Position numbers and translations under genes: made by a program. The notes beneath the pieces were generated by a model. The model was not told where the DNA came from, did no database searches, and saw nothing but the letters and a program-made list of their open reading frames with translations. Shown in pieces: positions 11,303 through 20,450 of a stretch of DNA of 64,000 nucleotides (position 1 is the first letter of the stretch; every line of letters starts with the position of its first letter). The stretch comes from a virus. The stretch lies in IMG/VR virus record IMGVR_UViG_3300032073_000022, positions 4,883 to 68,882 of that record; one strand, given 5' to 3'.

Positions 11303-14300
11303 TTACATTCCCGTATTTGTTCTAATTTCACCGGTTTCATCAAATTTAGCATTAGTTAGTTCTTGTTTAACTTTCTCTATTAACTCATTTCTGATGTCAT
11401 CTTTTAGTCCTTGCAGGAAGTTTGCACCATTAAAGTTTACATTTACGTTGGTTGGATCAACTTTAACCTGTAATTGGAAGTCAAGTAGCTTATTCACACT
11501 TTGATCAAACTGACTAAAAGCTCCCGCTAATCCGGTTGGATCAGTGATTAACTTTTTCATCGGGTCAATGACGTTTGAAGATATTGCATCGCCAACAGCG
11601 TTGACTCCGTCTTCAGCCATCTTACCAATATCTGGACCTCCAAGCATCTTAAGGGCAGTTCCACCGGATGCGTTTGCCATAAATTTAGCAACTTTACCAA
11701 GGAATCCACCCTCTTTCATGTAGACCATTCCACCCGCTGACATACCCATTCCGCCAGCACCCATTCCACCATTCATAGATTTTAATAAGGAAAGATTATT
11801 ACCCCTTCTAACGGCGGCGGCATTTACAACAAACTCTCCGGGTGTAAGCATAGCTGGAACAGTGTCTGTGCCGCGAGGTACAAACATTCCTCTGTTTGCA
11901 TAAACCATTCCACCTCGTCGGAATCCTGCTGCACCAGCATTCTTGTTTTCAAATTTGTCTATCTCCATATTGGCAGCTTTAATAATAACGTTGGCTGCTG
12001 TCACATCCATATTTTCTAGCTGTGCTGCGTCAGAACCAAGATCACCAAGAACACCTGCTAATTCTCTAGCTTCTGATTTTATCGCTGATTCCTCAGCCGT
12101 AGTGCCAGCCATAACTTGTGCTGCTCTAGGATCAGAAACGCCTACAGAGCCAAGAGTCATAGCAGCCGCTGATTGATAAGCCTGATCACCCATTGTTTTT
12201 GGATCAAGAGTTTGGAATCCAGCGGCTAAGGCACCAGCACCAAAAGAGCCAGCTAGTGAAGAGTCACCGCTTCTTAGGGCTGCACCAGCAGAAGCTGCCA
12301 TTTGACCTTCAAGATAACCCTCAATGTCTCCAGCTAATAAGCTATCAAGAGCATCTTTCTCTGCCTTGTTCTTTTGTTGTGCTATGGCAAGCTCCTCCCT
12401 GAGCAAGCCGACTCTTTGTTTAGTAAATTCTATGAGTGCTTTGTTTGCTTCTTTTTGCTGAGGTCTTGTGTCTTCATCTAAGCCAGCAGCACCAGCGAAA
12501 GCTGCGTCAGCACTAGCTCCAGTAGCCTGACCCAGCACTGCTGCGTTAGCTCTATCGTTAAGATTTCTTGCGTTCGCTTTTATGGCTTCTGAGGCAGCTC
12601 TAATTTCTTTTGCTGAACCGGTGTTTAAACCGCCTACACCAGCAGCACCCAAAGATAAATTAGCTTGTGCTGTTCTCGCACCAAGTTTCTGTCCACCAGT
12701 AAGTTTTGCTCCACCAAATTCTTCAAATATGCCAGCAGCTTCTAGCTGTGTATCAATAGCAGCTTTTTGTGCTTGTAGATATTCTTGCTCTTGTTGTATG
12801 CGTTTTTTGGTAGCATTGATTAATTGATTTTCTAGCTCACCACGTTTTTTGACAAGGGCGACAGCTTCTTCAGCCGCAGCTTTAGTAATTGGATCTAAGG
12901 TTTGCTTCAATACACTGTCTAAGTTTCCAGCTTTGATCTCTGCACGTACATTTTCATCAATCTTCATGTTGTCAATAGCTGCTTCTAGTTTTTCTGCTGC
13001 TGGGCCTTCAATGTTATCTAAAAGACCTTCTTTCAGTGCGTCTTTAACAGCAGCAGGATCACCGGCACCGCCACTTTTCAAAAGTGCGGCCTGTGCCTTT
13101 TCAAGAGCTAAACCGGTGTTGCCCTGTGCATCTCTTAATCCTCTGACAGTACCCGTGGTTTCCCCTATCTTTTTCTCATCTACGCCAAATGTTCTTAATG
13201 AACTTTCTAAGTCGCCCAGTGCTGCATCCATCTGAGTGTCACTAATGTTTTTACCAGCAGACGTAACAGAGGCTTCAAGGATGGCAGCGGATGCAGTAAA
13301 GTTATTGAAACCTGCTTCACCGGCTGCAACAATATTATTCATGGTTACGCCCATTGCGTTTGCGGCAGCGGTAGCATCTCTAAGACCAAAGTTTAAAGCT
13401 TTGATGTAAGCTATCTGCCTTTCCATTTCTTGTGCATTTTGCTCAAACCTTGTTTTGAGTGTATCTAACTGTTCAGCAGAAAGATAGGCAGCAGTGCCGT
13501 TATCTTTTAGAGCTTGTTCAAAATCTTCTACACTACCTCCGCTCGCTGTAATACTTTTGCCTAGTGAAGTGAAAGCTGGTTGCATACTATCAAACTCTTC
13601 CTCAAACTTCTTTTTACTTTCCTCGCTTTTAGCGACTGTTGCGTCTATTCTCTGATTTCTTTCATCACCAGATTCAAGCCCCGCCATTCCAGCGAGACCA
13701 AGGGTTCCCCATCGAGCTATGAATCGCCCCGCTTTGCCAAAGGCTCCTGATTTATTTTCTTTACCTCCAGTGGCCGCAAGAGCTTCTTGTTGCTTTTTAT
13801 TAGCTTCACCAAAGTTTTTGAAGTTTTTAGATTGTGAATCAAACAGTTTTGAGGCACTGATATTCCCTAGCTCAAAATCTTTTAAGGCGTCGGCGGCATC
13901 TCTATTATTTTGAGTAACGTTTTTCATTGCCGCAGCCATCATTGCGGCGGCTTGACCAATTTTTCTTGAAGCACTGAAAATATCACCGGAAAGTATGTCA
14001 AGTCCTTTAGCGACAAAACTTCCAGCGGTGCCCAGTTCATCTGTGCCTTCAATTAGTCCATCGGTTCTTTCTATTTTTGGGTTATCTGTTCCAAATAAGC
14101 TATCGATCCCGTTAGCCAAATATTGAGCACCTTGAGCAAGAGCCTGCTGAAAGTTACCAGTAAGCCAATTATCAAAGTTTTGACTAGCTGCTAATGATCC
14201 TGCTTCGGCTGCGGCCCCAGCTTCTATAGCATCTTTCTTTCTTCCTTCTGTATCTATAAGTGCTCCAGTGACGTCATTCAGAAGTTTAAGAGCACCCACA

Positions 14301-17300
14301 ACAGCAATAGCTGGCCCAGCAATAGCAGCGACTCCAGCAGCAGCACCAGCCATACCACCTCCAGCGGCAGCACTTGCACCAATAAACGCAGTAGCACCCT
14401 TGCTTACCAGTCCGCCAACCATTTTGCCTCCGGGGATCTTCTGAGCAATTCTTCCTAGGCCTCCGCCAAAACCTTTTCCTTTTGGCATAGCTGGACCTTG
14501 GACGCCTTTACCTAACCCTTTAAATTTAAAGCCCTTCGAGAAGTTGTCGCCAAACCCCTTAAACCTTTTAGTAAGACCTTCCATCGTTTTGCTGCCCATT
14601 ACTCTTTCTTTCATTTTAGCAGCTATGAGTTTGTAGCTTTCTATTCTTTCTAAAACTTTTGCTGGTATCAACTTTTTAACAGCAGCTTGTGCGTCAGAAA
14701 ATGCTTTTCCGACCATCTGTGATTTTCGTGCTAATTCTGAGTCAGCGGCAACTGTCCCAGCTCCAGTGCCTAACGTTTTTTGTTGCATTGGGCCGATGAA
14801 ACCCTTTGGTCTTTTTTCTGTAAAGCTAGTTTGATTAGCTTTTGTAAAACCTGTTTTATCCCGCAGCCTGAAGCCTGTAGATTTACCCTGTCTTACGTCT
14901 AGACCTTCTTCTCTAAAACCTGCTCCACCCGACTTAAATTTACCCTGTTCATCTTTTGGTCTAAATATTTTCTTTCCTTTTTTATCTTTTTTGCCTGTGT
15001 CAAATACTTGCGTCTCCTCGCCGCCCGGACCTTTTTTGAAGTATTCTTTCTCAAAACCCTCTTTGCTCTCAAAACCTTGAGAACCGGCCTTCACATTATC
15101 AGCCACCACGGTCGCGGCTTCACTAATTTTTTCTAACCCTGCTTTAAAGTTTTGTACGGGATTTTTTAATTTGTCAATTACTGTTTGGAAAGTAAGGGTC
15201 TTGCCAGTCATCTTGCCCCAAATAGCTACGGCGGCAACAATTGCTACCGTGTATTTAGTAAGAACGTCTGTTACTCTGCCGAATGCGTTTTTCGTGCCGT
15301 CTGCCTCTGTGCCCAAATCTTGGAGCGAAGCTGTAACAGTGGAGAACACAGTGGCGGCAATACCAAACATAGCGGTTTGAGCCATGCCACCCTGATTAAA
15401 CTTTTGAACCCCAACGGCTCCGCCTCTATTAAATTTGGCTATACCAGATTTATTCATAGAGTTAAGATTACTATACCCTATAGCTTGGGCAGAACTTTTA
15501 TTTATTACAAACTCACCGGGAGTTAGAAGGGCTGGTACAGTATCTTGTACTGATCCGCCTTTGGCATATTTTTTCATGCCAGTAAAGACGCCCTTCTCCA
15601 AATCCTGTACTATCTTAGATTTAATGCCACCTTTAGCATCAGTTGCACCACCGTAACTTCTTTTGACATCAGCCTTTTTTAACTTTGAAGCTGACGCACC
15701 AAAAATAGATTTAATACGTTTTCTGTTTTTACCCGTCATATTTGGAAGGTCAAACGAAGCGTCTTCGCCAGCAAGTTTAGCACCTGTTATAGCCGAAAAC
15801 AGTCCTTCAAGAATATAACCCTCGGTTGTTTGGACTGCACCCTTATCGTCTTTGGCAATAGCGTTTGCAGACTTTCTAATTGAATTACTGTCTATTGTTG
15901 TTCCGGGTAATTTACCTTTGGCAGACATACCAGTGATGGTGTCTGTTACAGCTCTTTTAAGGCCAATTTTTGTTCCAGCTTTTATGGATCTTTGCATGGC
16001 CTTATTAGCCGCCAAATTACTTTTAGAGGCGGGAAAAGCACCCCAGCTAGATCCACTAAGTAAAAGACCTTTGTTTGCTTTGTCTTTAATTCCATCTTTA
16101 TACCAAGTTGTCGATGAAATACCTGTCTTGCTAGGTTCAGTTTCATTCTGGGTGCCTCCTTTTTTGAATCCCGGTTTAAGGATTAAAGCTCCGATTTTTT
16201 GGTAATCTGTGCCATAAACACCAGCGGGATTATCTTTATTTTGGTCTGCGTAATATTGACCTCTTGCTTTTTTAAGTATGTCTTTTTTTGCTTTGCCGAC
16301 TCCGGGTTTACCGGCATGTGTGGAGTTAAATAACTGTTTGTTTGTAAGGCCTTGCACATTCGACTGTGCGTTAGGGTCTAAACCAGCAAGACCGATAATA
16401 CCACCGGAAGATCCCCTATCATCAAACTTACCGCCTTTAGAATATCTATTGTTGTTCATAGCCGCAAGATTGGAAGCACCCATTTTCTTGACGCTACTCT
16501 TACGCATAACAAATTCTCCCGGCTGAAGCATAGCCGGAACTGTATCTCTGTTGCCCTGACCGGGAACCATTCCACCCCTAGCAAACGCTAGTATCTTACC
16601 GCCTTGATTTTTACCGGCTGCACCACGAAGAGCACCGCCCACACCGGCTGCAAAACCGCCTAGAGATTTTGCTATTTTAAAGGTAGCTAAAGCACCAAGA
16701 AGTGGCAGTAAGGGTCTTATAGAATCAGCAACCTTAATAAGTGCAGATGCTAGACCAAGAGAAGTTTTAACAAAAGCTTGGAATACAGTAGAGTTAGAGA
16801 TATTTTGTATAAGCTCTGAAAACTCTTGTTTAACTTTATTTATCTGGACGGCGAGTGTTTGTTGTGCTTTTGCAGCATCTTCAGAGAGGCTGTTACCACC
16901 CTCTATCGCAGCTTGTCTGGCTCTTTCAGCCAACTCAAACTCTTTGATAAGTGGAATAACTTTACCAATTTGACGGAATCCACCAAGCTCTTCAGCTACT
17001 CTAATAAAGGTCAGGTCGCCCTGTTCAAGACCAGCAAATGCTTGATTTAACCTTCTTACGGCTTCATAAGTTCCAACGAACTGACCGTCAAGGTTTGTAA
17101 GCTCTACGCCGTACTGTCTCAAAAACTCTATCGTTCTAGGACGTTGAATACGTGTAAAGATGGTACGAAGACCGGTAGCAATAGACTCTGAGCTTTCACG
17201 GGTCGTAGCACGAATAGACGTGAACAAAGCCAAGAATTCTTCTAGGTCACCGCCAGACTCTTTGAACACACCACCAGTACGACGAATCGCACCAATAAGG

Positions 17301-17959
17301 TCTCCAGACTCAACGGCAAACTGTCCAGCTACGGCATTGATAGAACCAAGCTGATTTTCTAAAGCACCAACACCACTCTTAAACTGTGCTAAAATAGCGA
17401 TAGCACCTTCAGCGGTTTTCTCTATGTCTTCAAATGTTGGAGCTAGAGTGGTCTTAGCCAAAGCAGCAAGGGCGACCTCTAAATCCCTCGCTCTGATACC
17501 AGCCTGAGACAAGATTCTGGTAGTAGATAGCAACTCTCTATTATTAACACCGAGAGTTTTTGAAAGCCTGAATATAGTTCTTTCAAGACCTTGTAAGTCC
17601 TTTACAGCCGTACCGGTAACCTGAGAGATTTTTACAATCTCTCTTTGAAAGTCTATAGCTTCATCAATAGCGTTTGCAAGCGTGTTGGTGAACAAGCTAA
17701 CGGCTCTACTGGCTACTGTAAATGCAGCAAAACGCTTAAAGGCCAAACCAAAGCTTCTACCCATATCTTGGGCTGCTTTGCTGGCCTGAGCGGTTGATTT
17801 TGCTACATTTTGAACCTGCTTTTGAGCCTTAGCCGCACCAGTAACAGTAACAGGCACATTCAAGCCACCAGCTAACTGGTTGCGTAAATTGTTTATTACC
17901 TGTGTCGTATTTCTAGGAGGCTGAAGCTGTAATTGTGCAGTCAGTACAAATTTTGACAT
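11303..17959 (-). CDS. Tail tape measure protein (2218 aa)
   Basis: TP901-type core (INAVAGQFAVESGDLIGAIRRTGG...SESIATGLRTIFTR), Ala/Gly-rich helical body, hydrophobic segments, three DTVPAxLxPGEFV motifs. Position downstream of tail tube and chaperones. Confidence 0.93.
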   Translation of the reverse strand: MSKFVLTAQLQLQPPRNTTQVINNLRNQLAGGLNVPVTVTGAAKAQKQVQNVAKSTAQASKAAQDMGRSFGLAFKRFAAFTVASRAVSLFTNTLANAIDEAIDFQREIVKISQVTGTAVKDLQGLERTIFRLSKTLGVNNRELLSTTRILSQAGIRARDLEVALAALAKTTLAPTFEDIEKTAEGAIAILAQFKSGVGALENQLGSINAVAGQFAVESGDLIGAIRRTGGVFKESGGDLEEFLALFTSIRATTRESSESIATGLRTIFTRIQRPRTIEFLRQYGVELTNLDGQFVGTYEAVRRLNQAFAGLEQGDLTFIRVAEELGGFRQIGKVIPLIKEFELAERARQAAIEGGNSLSEDAAKAQQTLAVQINKVKQEFSELIQNISNSTVFQAFVKTSLGLASALIKVADSIRPLLPLLGALATFKIAKSLGGFAAGVGGALRGAAGKNQGGKILAFARGGMVPGQGNRDTVPAMLQPGEFVMRKSSVKKMGASNLAAMNNNRYSKGGKFDDRGSSGGIIGLAGLDPNAQSNVQGLTNKQLFNSTHAGKPGVGKAKKDILKKARGQYYADQNKDNPAGVYGTDYQKIGALILKPGFKKGGTQNETEPSKTGISSTTWYKDGIKDKANKGLLLSGSSWGAFPASKSNLAANKAMQRSIKAGTKIGLKRAVTDTITGMSAKGKLPGTTIDSNSIRKSANAIAKDDKGAVQTTEGYILEGLFSAITGAKLAGEDASFDLPNMTGKNRKRIKSIFGASASKLKKADVKRSYGGATDAKGGIKSKIVQDLEKGVFTGMKKYAKGGSVQDTVPALLTPGEFVINKSSAQAIGYSNLNSMNKSGIAKFNRGGAVGVQKFNQGGMAQTAMFGIAATVFSTVTASLQDLGTEADGTKNAFGRVTDVLTKYTVAIVAAVAIWGKMTGKTLTFQTVIDKLKNPVQNFKAGLEKISEAATVVADNVKAGSQGFESKEGFEKEYFKKGPGGEETQVFDTGKKDKKGKKIFRPKDEQGKFKSGGAGFREEGLDVRQGKSTGFRLRDKTGFTKANQTSFTEKRPKGFIGPMQQKTLGTGAGTVAADSELARKSQMVGKAFSDAQAAVKKLIPAKVLERIESYKLIAAKMKERVMGSKTMEGLTKRFKGFGDNFSKGFKFKGLGKGVQGPAMPKGKGFGGGLGRIAQKIPGGKMVGGLVSKGATAFIGASAAAGGGMAGAAAGVAAIAGPAIAVVGALKLLNDVTGALIDTEGRKKDAIEAGAAAEAGSLAASQNFDNWLTGNFQQALAQGAQYLANGIDSLFGTDNPKIERTDGLIEGTDELGTAGSFVAKGLDILSGDIFSASRKIGQAAAMMAAAMKNVTQNNRDAADALKDFELGNISASKLFDSQSKNFKNFGEANKKQQEALAATGGKENKSGAFGKAGRFIARWGTLGLAGMAGLESGDERNQRIDATVAKSEESKKKFEEEFDSMQPAFTSLGKSITASGGSVEDFEQALKDNGTAAYLSAEQLDTLKTRFEQNAQEMERQIAYIKALNFGLRDATAAANAMGVTMNNIVAAGEAGFNNFTASAAILEASVTSAGKNISDTQMDAALGDLESSLRTFGVDEKKIGETTGTVRGLRDAQGNTGLALEKAQAALLKSGGAGDPAAVKDALKEGLLDNIEGPAAEKLEAAIDNMKIDENVRAEIKAGNLDSVLKQTLDPITKAAAEEAVALVKKRGELENQLINATKKRIQQEQEYLQAQKAAIDTQLEAAGIFEEFGGAKLTGGQKLGARTAQANLSLGAAGVGGLNTGSAKEIRAASEAIKANARNLNDRANAAVLGQATGASADAAFAGAAGLDEDTRPQQKEANKALIEFTKQRVGLLREELAIAQQKNKAEKDALDSLLAGDIEGYLEGQMAASAGAALRSGDSSLAGSFGAGALAAGFQTLDPKTMGDQAYQSAAAMTLGSVGVSDPRAAQVMAGTTAEESAIKSEARELAGVLGDLGSDAAQLENMDVTAANVIIKAANMEIDKFENKNAGAAGFRRGGMVYANRGMFVPRGTDTVPAMLTPGEFVVNAAAVRRGNNLSLLKSMNGGMGAGGMGMSAGGMVYMKEGGFLGKVAKFMANASGGTALKMLGGPDIGKMAEDGVNAVGDAISSNVIDPMKKLITDPTGLAGAFSQFDQSVNKLLDFQLQVKVDPTNVNVNFNGANFLQGLKDDIRNELIEKVKQELTNAKFDETGEIRTNTGM

Positions 17960-17995
17960 TTTATTTCTCTGTAGTGGTGACTACACTATCTATAA

Positions 17996-18886
17996 CTATC
18001 CGTTGTTACTGGTTTCTTTTTCTACTTGTGTATCTTCTTTCTTAGCTGTTTTTTTAGGTGTTCTTTTTTTAGGTGCTCTTTTTGGTTTTGGTTTCTCAAA
18101 AAGATCGTCCTCATATTCTACTCTTTCATAGAGACCGTCTTCGTCAATAGGGTTTCCATCTATATCTACACGGTTTCCGTCTTCATCTACATAGTGTCCT
18201 AGTTTGTTTATTCTTCTTCCTTCTGGGTCGATAAGCTCTTTGGTTTTTGGATCTATTAGATCTCCAGATTCATCAACAAGATTAAAATCTTTCAAGAATT
18301 GATTTTCTGGAAGTCTGTCTTCAAAACCATTATCTAAATCATACATCATTCTTGCTAGTAGTTGTGCTGAAGTAATGGCAATCAAGCTACTACCTTTATT
18401 GCTATAGTCTTGAAATGATTCAAAGAGTCTTTCGCCTGTTTGTTCATTAAAACTACATGCAAACACCAAGTAATCAAATCTAGCATTATCTGCTAATGAC
18501 TCAGCAGTGTTTTCGTCAAAGGAGATTCTTTCCTGAATAAGGTCTCTCAGTTCTGATCTACACTGTCTCATCTCTATAGCAATGTCTCTACCCTTAGAAA
18601 GTTTTGGCTTGCCTTTTCCATCGCCTCTATAAAGCTTTCTTTCCAACTGCAATATTTGTGTAGTTAGAAAAGCTTCTCTTTCTGACTTTTGATCTGTCCA
18701 AACCCCACGCTTTCGCATGACTTTCTCTACCTCAGCTTTAGTCATAACGCCCTCTTTAAACGCTATGTTCCAAGCTTTAGCACGTTCGATATCTGCTGCT
18801 TTTATGTCTTCATTAGTTGGTTTGTTGACGGTTACTACGATTGTATTTCCGTCTTGGTCTATTACTGTTTGTGTAAAATTACTCAT
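17996..18886 (-). CDS. Probable tail assembly chaperone (paralog of 19259..20311)
   Basis: Lies between tail tube and tape measure. Helical N-domain homologous to the 350-aa gene; C-terminal [VI]DxxG repeats and a basic tail. Confidence 0.6.
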   Translation of the reverse strand: MSNFTQTVIDQDGNTIVVTVNKPTNEDIKAADIERAKAWNIAFKEGVMTKAEVEKVMRKRGVWTDQKSEREAFLTTQILQLERKLYRGDGKGKPKLSKGRDIAIEMRQCRSELRDLIQERISFDENTAESLADNARFDYLVFACSFNEQTGERLFESFQDYSNKGSSLIAITSAQLLARMMYDLDNGFEDRLPENQFLKDFNLVDESGDLIDPKTKELIDPEGRRINKLGHYVDEDGNRVDIDGNPIDEDGLYERVEYEDDLFEKPKPKRAPKKRTPKKTAKKEDTQVEKETSNNG

Positions 18887-19253
18887 CTTCCTTATCTCCT
18901 CCCAAGTTCGTTTTCACTGGTATATCCATGCTGTACCTTAACCATTTGACCTCATATTGATTAAGTTCAGCGTCTACGTTTCTTGCTTGTGTATTACCTT
19001 TGTCTAATATCTCAGATCTAACCTTTTGAAAAAGTTCATACATAAACTTCTTCTCTTCAGTCATTTGCGAATCTTCGGCAGTCCAAAGAAAAGCAAAGTG
19101 GTCCTCTAGTGAGGATATAGCCCCAATCATAGTAGTCTCAACTTTCTTTCTTAGTATTTTAGAAAGTCTGTCTTTTGAGTCGTACTTGTATTTTTCTGTG
19201 CGGGCTTCTCTGTACTGAGATTTATTTCTTATAAATTCATCGAAATTTTCCAT
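18879..19253 (-). CDS. Hypothetical protein in tail chaperone region
   Basis: 124-aa ORF tightly packed between neighbours, with an AGGAG-type RBS. Confidence 0.6.
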   Translation of the reverse strand: MENFDEFIRNKSQYREARTEKYKYDSKDRLSKILRKKVETTMIGAISSLEDHFAFLWTAEDSQMTEEKKFMYELFQKVRSEILDKGNTQARNVDAELNQYEVKWLRYSMDIPVKTNLGGDKEDE

Positions 19254-19258
19254 CTTTC

Positions 19259-20311
19259 TTAACTCCTAAATTTATTTTTGTACATTTGGTTTTGCTGTTG
19301 TCTGACCTTGAGTTGTTGATCTTGGAAGTCAAGGTCTTTGGCTTCTCCTTGTTTATTAATGGTAACTTGCCGTTGTTTCTTTACATGTTGAACATGTACA
19401 CTGTTTGCTTGGTTAATCTTATCGGCACGCTCCTGAGTGTCAGCCATGACAAATATTTCTTCTGAGTTTGCTATCTTTGAATTTCCTGTGACTTGTTCTA
19501 TTTCTGCTTCCAATTTCTCTTGCTCTCTTTTCTTTCTCTGTACTATAAACCATCCGTCTAGCATATCGTCGTCTTCTATAACTTCTTCCGGAGGAGAATC
19601 CATTGACTCGTGAACACTGTCGTACATCTTAGACCAAACAAGTAAACTTGCCTGTTCTTGTGTCATTTTCTCATTATTGGAAAACAACTTGTATGCCTGT
19701 GTTTCGTTGAGCATCCAGTTACTCCTCCACGGCTCCGTTCTCGCTAACTCCCTTAGTGATTGCTCAGTTAACATCTGCATAGAATACATCTTAACTACCA
19801 CCTCTACGGGAACCTCTTTGAAGTCGTAGAGTTCCAAACTTCCATCTTTTAGTCTTTTGTGGCAGGCTAACTGCATCATCTTTTTAACTTTGCTTATCTG
19901 TGACATTCCCTCGCAAGATGTTTCAAAGTACTGAGACTTCTTTTCTAATAATTCTACTTGTGCATTTCTTGCGGCATCTAAATATTTCCTTGCTGTATCT
20001 ACTACTTTTTGCTTATGTCTATTCTTAAATAGTTGGACTTTAAGTTTATCTATATCTTCTTCTATTGTCTTTAATTTTTCGTCCTCCTCTTCTGACCACA
20101 AACCTCTTTCTCTAAGAGAATCTAAAAGATCCTCAGAGGTAAGAAATCCATCTTTCTTGGCTTCGGCGTAGGCTGTAAGGGTGTGTTCTTGAAGATAAAA
20201 ATCCTGCTCAAGCGTAAGTGGTTTAATAACCAAATTTAAATCTTCTAAGTCTACCTTTATAAGTCCAGACCTTATCCTAGATGTAAAATACTCCCGCTCA
20301 TGTTGTTTCAT
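19259..20311 (-). CDS. Probable tail assembly chaperone (long form)
   Basis: First gene after the tail tube; charged helical protein. Shares A[YW]xxAxK[DE]GxxT...RxRG[LV]W with 17996..18886. Confidence 0.6.
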   Translation of the reverse strand: MKQHEREYFTSRIRSGLIKVDLEDLNLVIKPLTLEQDFYLQEHTLTAYAEAKKDGFLTSEDLLDSLRERGLWSEEEDEKLKTIEEDIDKLKVQLFKNRHKQKVVDTARKYLDAARNAQVELLEKKSQYFETSCEGMSQISKVKKMMQLACHKRLKDGSLELYDFKEVPVEVVVKMYSMQMLTEQSLRELARTEPWRSNWMLNETQAYKLFSNNEKMTQEQASLLVWSKMYDSVHESMDSPPEEVIEDDDMLDGWFIVQRKKREQEKLEAEIEQVTGNSKIANSEEIFVMADTQERADKINQANSVHVQHVKKQRQVTINKQGEAKDLDFQDQQLKVRQQQNQMYKNKFRS

Positions 20312-20338
20312 ATTACAAACCTCATGGCGGGAGTTTTT
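20285..20338 (-). promoter_or_regulatory. RNA hairpin enclosing the RBS and start codon of 19259..20311
   Basis: mRNA reads ACUCCCGC-CAUG-AG-GUUU-GUAAUAUG-AAAC-AA-CAUG-A-GCGGGAGU. GAGG (20320-20323) and AUG (20309-20311) lie inside the stem-loop. Confidence 0.6.
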
Positions 20339-20424
20339 ATATTGTGCATCAAAATCCTTCCAAAACTACAACTCCACTTGCCTTTCCTAAAAATTTAGCT
20401 ATCGCAAAAGTCGTAATCAAGTCC

Positions 20425-20449
20425 ACTAGTGAGCAAACCCCCCACTAGT
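20425..20449 (-). terminator. Stem-loop directly after the tail tube stop (no U-tract; attenuator or mRNA-stabilising)
   Basis: ACUAGUGGG/CUCACUAGU 9-bp stem with one G-U pair. Confidence 0.4.
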
Positions 20450-20450
20450 A

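Noticed and set aside
19262-19280. AAATTTA heptamer near the end of the 350-aa chaperone as a -1 frameshift site
   Set aside because: Not in X_XXY_YYZ phase with the reading frame (codons AAT AAA TTT AGG).
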